Assembly (NCBI GenBank): GCA_050084985.1 | Contig: JBITNC010000001.1 | Span: 180,916,001 to 180,980,000, forward strand | DNA: 64,000 bases | Origin: Nageia nagi | Lineage: Eukaryota; Plantae; Pinophyta | Reading direction: 5' to 3' | Part shown: piece after piece, positions 1-12,300 of the stretch | Layout: each line of letters begins with the position of its first letter | Position numbering within the stretch: the stretch's first letter is position 1 | The notes under the pieces: model-generated | The model's input: only the letters and a program-made list of their open reading frames with translations | Told to the model about the DNA's origin: nothing | The model's database searches: none | Position numbers and translations under genes: made by a program

Positions 1-1944
1 TTCTTCAACATGCATTTTGTGTTTACAAGGAAAACTCAATCAATTCCTATAAAACCCCAAGCCATTTTCTAGGTGGTGCTGACAGAATCCTTACTGGTAA
101 CTCCACAATGGTCGATAACATCATATATCTATAAAGCTGATGGGAATTAAGAGTTCTTAACTTGCCTTCTTGCAGTTCATATTTGCTTTTATATATAAGT
201 AACTCCTCTCATATTGTTGTACCTTTAAGGATGTATAATCATAAGTAATACTCTACTGTGGACATGCTTGGATGTCATTGTTTATTGTGCTTTTGATACC
301 TTTGTACCATCTTAGAGGTTCATGGACCTCAATATAATTACTATATTTTCCCCTTATTGTTCAGGAGAAATAAGAGGGGCTTGCATTTCAAGGGATAGTA
401 TCAGGGATCCATTATAGAGTTGTACTGTAGCTTGCTAATTTCAGAGGCCAATGTTTAAATATTAGAACCAGTAGTGACTTGACATACATAAGGTGATATC
501 AGAGCTTAAAACTAGCTTAGAGTTTGTAAAACAAAAGAAAATAAATCAGGGTACATCTATGTATGCCTGTGGTCTAATTCTTTCTTTGTGGTATCTTCTA
601 ATGCTATTGAGAGGCTTCACTATCCACGTTTACATATGACTTAATTGTTTGGATGAATTGTAGGCCTTCAATTTTTGTCATGGATTGAATAAGATGTTTG
701 TAAAGGATCTCCTTCAAAAAACTAAATCTTCTGTGAAATTTCTTGTTTAAACCAAATTCATTTAACAAATGCAAATGCTATATCTCTTGAAGTTTTTCAC
801 ATACTGTGTTTTATTCCATGTGATTCTTCTAAACCTCCTGCCATTTATCCATGTTCATTTTGATGCTTAGATTTCTATTTAGTATTTACTATTGTCTAAA
901 TGTTCTTGCGATTCAGAACTTTTTGTACTTAAATTGGGAATGTGCCGCTTGTTTGGCTCAAACAATGAATTGCACAAGTGTTTTTTCAGATGGTGAGGGA
1001 CGTACCTGAAATATACATACGTGGAAAAGAAAAGATGCCATTTATCATATGTGAATGGAGGACGTAATAAATTTTCTTGGTGATGTTCTTATGTGTATGT
1101 CAAGCAATAACTTTACACCATGTTAACCAGTCTTGTGTAGATCACTTGCAATGCCAAATTATATGATGCCTGTATTTGTATGAGCGAGCAGTCCTCTTGT
1201 GTGTGTTGGTTGGGTAGTTGGTCATGTTATATACTGGTACCTCTACTTTACCTCCTCAATGCACTTGCTTGATACAAGTTTCAGAAAATTGGCATTGCAA
1301 AACTAACAACCAAGCATAAAGTGACAATTTTATATGGAGATGATGTAGAATGCTTCTTTTTGAAGGCATTTTGGACATTCAATTCTGTGTTGTCACAGCT
1401 TCTTTTATGCTCGAATATCATGGTGGTGCCTAGCATGGCCACTTTTTCATATTATTTCTATATGCTTTTGAAGTCACATGGAATTCATTGATGGTTGGAT
1501 TTCATCCAAAGAGATACTAGTTTCAAAAGATGATGGTTTGGTCACATAAATTCCTTTATTTATTCCATGCAATACAGAGAATCAAAGACTTCCTTATTAG
1601 GCCTTTGTTCAAGGACTAGTCATTTCTAAGAAACAATGAGCTTGCCCTTTCATGAACAAAAAGCATACTTTGCTCATTTTTGGACTATTATGTCTACTCT
1701 TTTTAAGTTACTTTATCCTTTCCTGCTATGAATTCGTATTGAATTTTAACTTATGCAATTCAGAGTCTCTAGGTGTTATATTGTCTTATGTTTATGATAT
1801 TAGAGATACTTCATGGAAGGCCCTGATGTGTTGTAAATCTTGTGACATTTTTTGAAGAACCTTACTGCCTCTGCCAATTTTGATTTGTTAGATGGACATG
1901 AAGTTGCGAAATATAGTATTTAAAAATGGCTACTTTGTATTTTT

Positions 1945-2725
1945 CATGTTTCCACTGGGACACGTTCCCCCCTCTGGAATAGCTGTTCTTGTCGTTCCCC
2001 TTTGTGGGGAACGTCCCAACCGTTCTCAGGAACCTTCTGGGGAGGTAGGGGGGACGGTCCCCCATCGAGAACACCAAAGGAAATGGCTAGTCGTTCCTGA
2101 GGATGGCAGGGGAACGACCAACATGTTCCTCGACCGTTCTCAAGAATGAAAGCTGACCCAAAAAACAAAAAATAATTACTTTTAACTTCAAAAAAAAAAG
2201 CGAATATAAATGGAGATGGGACCCACCATTGCCCCCACCTCCCAAAACATAATTTCATTTTATATTTGCGTCGAAATTTAACTCATTTCATTTTATGCAG
2301 ATGTTGAAAGAAGAAAATAACAGTGAAAAGAGAAACTCATTTCATTTTGTTTTAGACTGATTTTAGTATTTTACACTGTTACAGATTGTTTAGTATTTTA
2401 CAGTTTTACTTTTACTAGACTTATCTATGCTCATAATAAATATTGATATTCTGATTCATACTTGATGAATGATTTTGTTGATTGATGTTTAAATTGAAAT
2501 TTCAGTTCCAAGTTTTATATACATTATTGAATTGATAAATATTAAATAATAATGAATTTAGAACAATGAAATATCAAAAATCTAAAATATGTGGGAATTT
2601 ATACTAGTATTATACTTATCATTCCCTCCCCGTTCCCCAATTTTCTCAAAAATGGCCCTTCTCATACCCCCTTCTCATATACACATTCCCCTGTTTCCCC
2701 GTTTCTCAGCCTTGTAGAACCCTTG
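1945..2725. mobile_element. Non-autonomous hAT-like element
   Basis: Exact 8-bp TSD GTATTTTT (1937-1944 and 2726-2733). Imperfect TIRs CATGTTTCCAC / GTAGAACCCTTG. Repeated subterminal GTTCCCC/GGGAAC motifs. Confidence 0.75.
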
Positions 2726-2912
2726 GTATTTTTCCACCATCCATCTTGTGGGTGTTTATAGATGGATGTTATCTCAGTGGCTAAACAAACTTACTATCAA
2801 TAAGCAGTTGTAGTCTTATAAAGATAACATTAGAGAAATGGTTTTATCAATATAACACTGTTACATATATGTTGGCCATTACAAGTTGCTGAACATAGCT
2901 GGGAAAATGCAG

Positions 2913-3028
2913 GTGTGTTTTCTGCTGTTGACACGTCTTCATCAAGGTTATATCTAGATGCTCGATGCGTTGCGTATCGAAAGCCAATGATTGATGGAGG
3001 GAAGCATGGCACCAAAGGCAGCGTACAG
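2913..3028 (+). CDS. E1 ubiquitin-activating enzyme (UBA1-like) internal exon, adenylation domain
   Basis: Acceptor tgcAG ends at 2912. Translates (G)VFSAVDTSSSRLYLDARCVAYRKPMIDGGKHGTKGSVQ, matching the E1 segment [39 protein letters not shown]. Donor is AG/GCAAGT at 3029 (GC-AG). Confidence 0.93.
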
Positions 3029-3333
3029 GCAAGTATATCTATCTTTCTGAGTGGGTCAATGGAAAGTCTATTCATATATGTGAGGAAATTTTGAAAATAA
3101 ATGTTAAGAGGAATGTGTGTGTTTGTGTGCATAGGCATTAGAGAAATTGTTACTGTTAATAGGATTATTAATTCTTTAGCCTTAGAGCATACATGTATAT
3201 ATGATTAACCTCTTCGTACTGTACTAGTCTAGACATTTTGATCAAGAAGTATTTTTGTCAGGAGATTATGTTTTCAAATAAGGGAATCTGTTTATGCATT
3301 GTAAAGCTGAATGGGGAGCTTAAAGATTTGCAG

Positions 3334-3617
3334 GTATTCGTTCCATATTGCTCGGAAATGTATGCTTCAACAAGAGATCCACCAGAACACAAGGAGGTCC
3401 CTATATGCACACTAAAGAACTTTCCTTATGCAACAGAACATACTGTACGGTGGGCTGTTGAATTATTTGAGACCCTGTTCAAGCAGAGGCCGGATGATGT
3501 AAATTCTTACCTTTCCAATCGAGATTTCCAGGAATCGCTAAAAAAAGCAAAATCGCCTGCAAGGCACCAAACCCTTGAAATGTTAAGGGATGCTCTTGTC
3601 AAATACAAACCATTAAG
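3334..3617 (+). CDS. UBA1-like exon containing the catalytic Cys
   Basis: Acceptor ttgcAG ends at 3333. VFVPYCSEMYASTRDPPEHKEVPICTLKNFPYATEHTVRWAVELFETLFKQ...KPL, with Cys codon TGC at 3406-3408. Phase-2 donor AG/GTGTGG. Confidence 0.96.
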
Positions 3618-5000
3618 GTGTGGCTTTCTGCATGACCTTATCAATGTGAGTTATCTTAGGTGATTTTAATTCGATTACTATTATTACTGTGCTTTACATC
3701 AAATCTTTATGGAAGATGGAGAAAATGTATGATTTAATATCTTGTGGTCAATAAATTCTTTTTACTTATCTTTCATCATATATATTTGATTTCATTGTTG
3801 TTTACTGAATCTACGGTTAGAAAAAGTGGGAAATATTAATTCAAATTTCTGCGTTTATTTTTGGTACAATAATATTAGAATCTGTTATGATAGCACATAC
3901 CTGACCTGTTTCTTTTTTGTTTGTTTTATTGATCACTCAATCTACTGTTAGATAATATTGGAGGAACTGATTATAATATTATTGTATCCATGAATTTTAA
4001 ATATCAAATAAAAAGAAGTCCTGTGCATAACGGATTTAACAATTTAATTCAATCATATAACTGTAGTATGTATAACCACTTTATTGACTCATCAATAAGG
4101 TTGTCATTAACAGAACATTAGTATATACTCATGTTACTGACCTGACTGGGTACAGCACTATCAAAGCATATGCTTATGTGTATCTGAGTATAAATTCAAA
4201 GATTCAATAAGGGATTTGGAGGAGGAAGGTAAACTATTGAAAACAATGACCAACCAAACATTTATCAACACTTGGTTTTCCTATGGCAGCCACTGATCAT
4301 TTATGTCTGTAACCTTGAGAAGATGTTTAGACAAAGGACCTTCCTATTAGAGCATGCATACAAGTTTTTTCTCTGTTAGAACTCTCTTTTTATCAAGGGT
4401 ACATAGGGATGTGTCCCTGGCACCCAGAAGTGGGAGACACCAATCTACTGGCCCTGGTATTTGGCTTCTGGTATAATGTTATCTGCGGGATGTAGGAGAT
4501 CAATCTAGGCCATCCTGATTCATTCTTGAAAAGGTGGATGTGCTTGCTACAGTTGTGGGATGCCCCTTGACCATACCCGAGATGTCCAAGTGTCAAAAAA
4601 TGTTGGAAATATTATATTATATCATTTAGATTAGGGTGCTATAGTTCCGTAGGAGTAGTTAACAATTTTGGAGTTATACAGTTCCATTAACCATAACTCT
4701 AGGTATAAAACACCCATTGTTGTTGATGTTTTCTATGTGGCATTTTTCTCTCTTCACGAACATCGTATCAGAGAGCTATTATATGTTCAAACTTGGAATG
4801 CAGTTTATGCCTTTTTCATCTGTCCGCTGAAGGAGCTTGATTGCCTTGTCCAGAAGAAGTTTCAATAATAATTATGTAGAAGAATTGTACCAATATGCTA
4901 GTAGAAATTGTTTTATTTGAAAGACAACAGAACATGAATTTTATTGTTAAGTTGCTTGCATTTAGTTTTTGATTGTTGTTTTCTTGTGCTTGTTTCCTAG

Positions 5001-5067
5001 TTTTGAAGCTTGTATAGAATGGGCTCGCTTGCAATTTGAGGAACTGTTTACAAACAACATCAAGCAG
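5001..5067 (+). CDS. UBA1-like exon (second catalytic cysteine half-domain)
   Basis: Acceptor cctAG. Translates (S)FEACIEWARLQFEELFTNNIKQ, phase-compatible with the previous exon. Donor CAG/GTATGA. Confidence 0.95.
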
Positions 5068-5321
5068 GTATGACTTGAATATGATTTTCTGAAGTAGCTT
5101 GATTACATTATAATTTGCAACTTGAGAGTTTCTAATTCTTTGAATCAGGAGGATTCTGTTTGCATTCATAAATGCACCAGTGGTTTGATAAACCAGTATG
5201 CAATATTAATATTGTAACTTCACAGAGAATCTCAAAGCTTTGGATGTTACATACATGTTATAATTTTCCTTTTAGATGGGTTTAATTGATCTATTATTTA
5301 CACAACTTTTTGGAGATGCAG

Positions 5322-5555
5322 CTTTGCTACAATTTTCCAGTTGACATGAGAACAACAGCGGGGTCCCTCTTTTGGAGTGGCACAAAAAGGTCACCAAGAG
5401 CTTTGAAATTCGATTCCAAGGATCCTCTGCAAATGGACTTTATTGTTGCTGCATCAAATTTACAGGCAACCATATATGGACTTAAAGGATGCACAGATCG
5501 TAACCATTTCATGCAAATCCTTCAAAAGATTGACATACCAGTCTTCAATCCGAAG
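5322..5555 (+). CDS. UBA1-like exon (SCCH domain)
   Basis: LCYNFPVDMRTTAGSLFWSGTKRSPRALKFDSKDPLQMDFIVAASNLQATIYG...FNPK, 78 codons, with tgcAG and GTATGA splice sites. Confidence 0.95.
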
Positions 5556-6245
5556 GTATGAGATTTGCTCCAAAATGTATACAGGCTATCCTTTTCTCTA
5601 GTTATTTACATATGGAATTATTTAAATAACTGTAGTATGTGGTCTCTTGTAACATGAGTGAGTTCATAATAAATCTATTTGTGAAGTAGTGATCATTGTT
5701 TTACTGGGAATCTCTTTGTAGATTTATTTCCCTTCCCTTTTTGTGGGAGTATCATCTTTCGTAGAGGGTATCTAAGTTATGGGAAAAGATACGTAATATG
5801 CATATTTATGCTCAGCCTGTTTGTTGCAGAAAGAATAAATTAAATGCATAACAATTGTCAAACCTCACTTCAGAATTTTACTTCATGAAATCCTTGCTAC
5901 GAACTGCATGTTTGGAACTTATGGACTATAACTGTCCATTCATGTTTGTGCCCATTCTAATGGGAATTATTCAAGTATAGTAAATCAGTGAAGGATGAAA
6001 TAAAGAAATTCAAAACATGAAACTCCGAAAACTATGTACCATGCACTTGCAGATAAACTAAGCAACTTGGTACCAACAAAAGAACTCGTAATCTGAATAT
6101 GAGCATTCTTTCTGAAAACTGATCTCGTTGTTAAAGATCATACAGAAGCAAGTGATATACCATCAAAGAATGCAACCTTTATTGTAGACTATAGTGTGTG
6201 CCTTTAACAGTATTGGATGGTATAAGATTTGATTTTCTTTGATTG

Positions 6246-6514
6246 TGTAATGAACTGTTACACCAAAAGGACGACCTTTTAGTGAATTCGTACACCCCAA
6301 ATCTTAATATTCCACCACACTCTGCATCTGACATCCTTGGCAGCTCTCACTTGTGGCGGCTCTCACTTTAGCCTTTGCTAGATAGCCTTTTCCATGGAAG
6401 CCCTTTTCAGGGATTCGAACTTGGAATGTATGGTCTACTCTGATACCAAATGTAACAAACCGTTACATCAAAAGGCCGACCTTGTAGTGAATCCGCACAC
6501 CCAGGATCTCAACA
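6246..6514 (-). mobile_element. Very small TRIM (269 bp, 64-bp LTRs)
   Basis: LTRs at 6246-6309 and 6451-6514, TSD GATTG (6241-6245 and 6515-6519). tRNA-Met PBS TGGTATCAGAG on the minus strand at 6438-6448. PPT-like GTGTGGTGGAA next to the 3' LTR. Confidence 0.88.
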
Positions 6515-6666
6515 GATTGTTTATTTATACTTTTGTATTCACATTATTTCATATTTCATTTGAATAAAGTATTTTTCCTTAAGTACAATAAGCTGATTGC
6601 AAGAAGAATTTAATAAATGTTTCTGCCTACCCTTTAGTTGAAGTTGTCTTTGCATGATTTAGTTTT

Positions 6667-7609
6667 AAGAAAATATCCAAAATACCCCTATATTTTAACA
6701 TAATATCAAAAATATCTTTATAATTTTGAAAATATCAAAAATACCCTCGTCAAATTCTTAGAAATATCAAAAATTTGCCAGCGGGTTTGTACATTCTCGG
6801 TTTCGATCCTCAGGTAGCTTCTCAGTTGCAGGCCCAATGTTGACCAACTCTGCAAATCCAAACTTCCTGAGTTTTTTTATAAGATGAATGGGATCCAGTT
6901 CTCCTATTACCATGATTTTCTGCTCGTTGATATCAATTGTCATCAATTCGATGCCTGCAAGACATCCAAATACGTTCTAGAACTTAGCATTTTACAGTAG
7001 CCACTTTTTCAACGCAAGCACCATTTTGTTTGCCTTGAATGCCTGCGACAGCCTTAAACACCCTTCACTTGCATTTTTCGCAGTGGATTTCAACTTTCAA
7101 CTCAATTTCCTGTATACAGAATTGAGGTCATAATCAGACACAAAAGCTTCACGCAGAGTAATGCTACAAATGAACAGTGATGGCCTACTTAGGACATTTG
7201 TACTGCTGTCGTTGTTGCCTACACTTCGATCCTTCAATTCTTTATCTCGTTAAATAAATGATGAACTATTAAAAACGAGAGTGACCTTGGGTGATAGAAA
7301 GTTAGTTTTTGAATGCAATTTTCGTGTGGTAGCAAAGTATTTGAATCTAGTTTTTTTGTGGAAGCTATGTCTGTCTATGAACTCCTTAACATAGTGCAAC
7401 ATGAATTCAAAGGCTTACCATTTTTCTCGACTACAAAGACCAGAAAATAAGAAATTAAGGGACATAGCAGAGTTCACAGAATGGACAAACCTGCAGGCAA
7501 ATTTTTGATATTTTTAAAAAAGGTGATAGAGGTAGTTTTGATATTTTCAAAACTATAGAAGTATTTTTGATATTATTTTAAAATATAAGGGTATTTTGGA
7601 TATTTTCCC
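6667..7609. mobile_element. Pack-MULE-like element with ~130 bp TIRs
   Basis: Long inverted termini (..GAAAATATCCAAAATACCC.. / ..GGGTATTTTGGATATTTTCCC). Degenerate 9-bp TSD TTTAGTTTT / TTAAATTTT. Contains a captured host gene. Confidence 0.82.
6768..7421 (-). pseudogene. Captured HMA-domain (HIPP/HPP-like) gene fragment with three exons
   Basis: ATG/GTAAGC at 7421-7413. Exon 7109-7034 reads EIELKVEIHCEKCK*RVFKAVAGIQ. After a 79-nt intron, the exon from 6954 reads GIELMTIDINEQKIMVIGELDPIHLIKKLRKFGFAELVNIGPA and runs into the left TIR. Confidence 0.85.
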
Positions 7610-8099
7610 TTAAATTTTTGATTATGAACCCTACTTATATGTGTTCCTCTGAAGCGAAGAAAGTGACTAAATGACTCATTGTATGCTATTTTTTGCAAGA
7701 GTATCTGCCTCTAATTATATTTTATGTGCTATCAAAATAGTTTGTTTCATTTTTGTCAAAATCTGTAGAGGTAAATAAAATATGGTCTTTAAGACTATGG
7801 TGGGTTTTTGGAGATGGGAAATATTCTGATTTTCCCGAGAGAATGCTTTTGTGCTTATCATGAGTATGGATGGATGTAGGTGGGGTGTATGATGACCCCA
7901 TGCTGTGGAGGAATGCTCCTTACGTAATTATATCAAAGAAAAACAATGTCACAACAAATAGCTTTATTATTGTCCTTTCAAACTGGCAAATGAGAAAACT
8001 GTTTCTAGATAGCGTTAATCTCACCAGAAGGGGACATAATGGACTGATTTGAAACTTGAGAGTTATCGATTTGCTAACAAATTAAATGTGCACGTGTGT

Positions 8100-8103
<4 letters not shown>

Positions 8104-8138
<35 letters not shown>
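8104..8138. repeat. (AT)n microsatellite
   Basis: Direct observation. Confidence 0.95.
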
Positions 8139-8142
<4 letters not shown>

Positions 8143-9324
8143 GAACCAGGTACATCCTTGGCTAAAAACTTCTGTTAATCAGAAAGTGATTGAATGGCAA
8201 GCTTACTAGTCTTTCCTGTAATTCTTCATAGCATTATTTTGATAAAGAGCAAAAACGTGGGTTTTATTAGGATCCTAAAACCTGTTACAGAGAATGCTTG
8301 AAGAGATAGCTTTTATGGATCTATTATAACTTTGTTGCAACTCAGTTGTAGCCACATTTCCCTTATCAGAACACGAGCAAAATCCTTTCACCAACATGTC
8401 ATTACAGATGAAGTATCTTCTATGTAGGTGGCCATTCCATCTCAGTGACATTTCCATCCCATTGTTTTCCAAAGGATCAATTCAGCTAAGCGAAAATATT
8501 AGACCTGTAGCGCATCCTCAAGCCCATACCAACAATTATGGTCTCAGAGGGTGAATCCTAAAGCATCACAATCCAAATTTACAGGAGAAAACATTAGATT
8601 GAACACCCAACACCCCTAGTATTGCTCCAACACCTTAGTCCAACATCCCGTGTTGAATGAAAGATGTATCCTCTTTTGTGCTCTAAATTTGAGCTCCGTG
8701 GTTCATCTTCACTGGCAGTAGGGTTTGCAAGACGGATATGGCCTTGCACAAACTGATATCAATAGAAAGCCAAAGATTTTCCCTCCAAAGATATTTGTTA
8801 GTTGCCTACCTGTGGATCAGACAAAGAAGAGATAGTGTCTGACACATCTTACACAAACATGAGTAGACGAATCCTTCCGTCTCTCCTTCAATGTATTATA
8901 CCTCTAGGAACTGATCTTTTCTTTTGATCCCTAAGTGGGACTCCCAACGAATTTGTTTGATGCAAGGTTGCAATTCAGCCAAGCCTCTAATCTTCACAAA
9001 TGACCCTCCACAATCACCTCATAATACAACTGGTAATGCCATAACAATATTACCAACAAGATTCACATCAATTCTTCCTAAGGTATTAAAAAATAACAGA
9101 TAACAAACACACCAATAGGATCCCCCGATTTGAAACCTAGATGCATTTAAACAAAATATCCACAACTTTGTGTTGTTTTGATAGAGCTCCAATCCATCGG
9201 TAGGATTTCAACAAGGAACGTTCAACAACTAATATGCCTCCATACAAATTGCTAGAATTGGGTCAATGATTGTGGAAAGCCAGAAACAAAATCGTTCTCT
9301 TGAATTGCTTTGCTTTAGGGGTCG

Positions 9325-12300
9325 TGAAATGTCCCAATTAAGGGCATCGAGATTCTTAACAATTATGGCAATTCCTAATTAATCTTTTTCTCTTGAAGCT
9401 TAGCAATTAAACAGAATACTCAAAATTACCAAAATTAATTTATTTAATTATTCCAAGCATGTGTCCAACCATGAAAGTCAAGATAAATTCAAAATAATGC
9501 TCAAGATGACACAAAAATAGGCGGACAAGTGTAAATATGCTCAAATAATATTTATTAACCACGAAATGACCTCGAAAAACTCAAAATATGCTAAGAAGAG
9601 GTGACGTTCCACCTAGGGCTTCGAACACTTTTTGGATCTGAAATTGCTTCTCAATTGGACATCTCACTCTAGGGCTGAAGATGAGACCTTCACGAACAAA
9701 TATTTTTATCCGAAGTAGCTACATCTCCAAGGCTTCCAACTACTGATTTTCTGAATAAGGTGTAGAAGCACCAAGGCTTCTATGCGAGCTCTCCAAGAGG
9801 TTTTCGTTCATAGGAGAAATGGATGCATTGACTGATCTAGCCGCACGCTCCAAGGGTTTGCAATAGCAAGTAGTTTAGTTGATAGAATATAGCATAAATT
9901 ACGACAAATATGGGACTCTTCAATTTGGGACATTAAAAATCTGCCCCTCTTGGATTGCTTGTCCCCAAGCAATATGAAATGGAATCAACTCCTCCCATGA
10001 GTGCCAAATAGGTCATCACATCTGCTGATGTTGTTTTTAGTAGCCAATTCATCTTCATCTTCATAAGTTGGTGCTGAACTTTGAAGTGCCATCCGAACTA
10101 TCTCTTGTTTTTGAGCATATATGAAATCTACTAACTCATGCAAGTTAGAAAACTTCACTTCTAGTGCTCCATGCTTGTAGGGTGATCTCTTGCTGCCATC
10201 AGGGTAAGGTACATTTTTCCACGGCATTGGTGTACAATAATGGCTGACTGCTGTCCATAACTGATTCCAAGCTGTACCAACTCTGTGACAGTCCAAAACA
10301 TAGGCGAAATCAGCTCTGATTTTGCAAGTTTCAGATCTGATTCATCTTGTACAGTGGTGGGTAATCGCTGTCCAATGTCTTCCAAGTTGTTTAAGGCTTC
10401 TTCCTTGCTATCCTTCATGATCGTATTATGCAAGACCAGCAAAGGTAATGAATAAATCAATGCAAAAGAGTGTGAAAGAAAAACCTGAATTTTCAAATTC
10501 AGATTTTACCAAAACCTTATTAATCCATGCTTCTCTTTCAAAACACTGTATGCTGCTATTATCACAATTAGAATTATCTTCTTGGCTGATCCATCCATTC
10601 ATACATTGCCAATGAAATTCCATAAGGGAGACGCCTCCTATAAATGACCCTAAAAGACATCCCAAGGTGAAACGAACTTCGTGAAAGTCAATCTCATGTC
10701 GTTGGGTAATTTCCCTTTGTCCTCCATAAACAACTTCTAATTTTTTGGCTGTGGCTACTTGATTTATTAGTGCTCTTAAGATAATATCATGCCCTTGTAT
10801 TTTGAATTTCATCTCCAATGTTTTATAATTGGATGTGATTTCTCCCATTGAGTACAACCATTGTACCCCTAATACTCCATGTAGTAATCCACCTGATGGG
10901 AATACATAAAAATCACTGATGATTGGCTCACCTTCAAATTCTCCACGACTTTGTTGCATGGGGAAATTTGTCCATTTCCAGTGGCTACATCAAACCCCTT
11001 AAATTCTATCCATTTGAGATCCTTGTCTTTAATGAAAGCTTCATCTATGAAGTTGTGAGTGGCTCCGAAAGAGCACCACTACCTTATTCCTATCTATTTC
11101 TCTGGCTACCTTGATGGTGAGGTATTGGGGTGCACACTTCAATGTGGCTATTGTACTTCCAATGTTGCGTTGAGGTTCCCTTAATTCTACCTCATCATCT
11201 AAATCTGCTTCGTCTGTGCATGTAACAATGTTGGGGTTTTCCTTGGCAACGATGTCCCAGTTCCCATGGGTTTCTACATGTGAAGCATAATTTATTTTTC
11301 CTTAACTCATTTCGTGTTGCCTCATCTATCTTTTTGGTGAATGGGGTTGGAGGTGTTTTGTGAGGATATGATGTTTTTCTCTCACCTTACCCTTCCCATG
11401 ACCCAGATGGTCTTGATTGAATGAATCTTGATGGGGGTATTGCTATACTTTTTGAGTTTGAAAATGTGGATGCTTCTAAGAAAAGTGCTCTTCTAGTGGC
11501 AGCGGAGAAGGATGGTCGTTCGAATGCCTTTGCTAGACCTATTATAGAATCATGCAATCCTTCCATGAAAAGATATACCAACCTTTTTTATGAAATATTG
11601 GGGACCATGACGACAATTTTATGAAATTCTTCAACATAGGCTTCAACGAAAGTAGTTTGTTTCAAAGTGGCCAACTCCATGAAGTATGCCTCTTTGGATT
11701 TCAACTTAAATGAGTCCCAAAATCTCTGGCTAAACTCATCAAAAGTGTTTACCATACCGTGTCCTTGCGTGTTGATATCGTGATGCAACCATTCATACGC
11801 AACTCCATCTAAGCAAAGTGATGCAAATTGGATGGCTTTCCATTCGTCCATAGGGTTGAGAGTTAGGTAGGTTTGAATCTTTCCTCCACCGAATGTAGGG
11901 GCTTGCATCTTTTGTTGGATGTCTTTCCTTTCATTGACTCTAAAAGTGGCTCCTTCTTTCCTCCCTATAATCTCCAAATAAGATTGGAAGCTAATTGCAG
12001 TTCTGAACTCTTCAGTTTTGCTCTAGTATTCTTGGAATAGATCCTCCAATTCCGCTATCTATTGTTCAAGATTTTCTCTTGGTGTGAACATGGGTCTAGT
12101 AGGACTTGGAAGAGGGTTGTGCGAGAACCTTACTGATCTTTCACTATCTGGCATAGTTTTTCTTTGGGGTTTTCCCCAAGCTTTTCTACCAACATGCTCA
12201 CCAATTCAACCAAGGTATCCAATTTTGCTACATGATCTGCCATCTTATTCCTTCTTTGATAAAATTGGTGGATCTAAGGCCGCATAAATTATTGTGAAGT

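Noticed and set aside
990-1068. Possible upstream E1 exon after TTTTTTCAG
   Set aside because: The translation shows no E1 similarity. The preceding exon is probably outside the window.
4394-4600. MITE-like tract starting CAAGGGTACA
   Set aside because: The second TIR and a TSD could not be identified.
8280-9324. Older LTR-like remnant hosting the 9325 insertion
   Set aside because: Too degenerate to define ends or domains.
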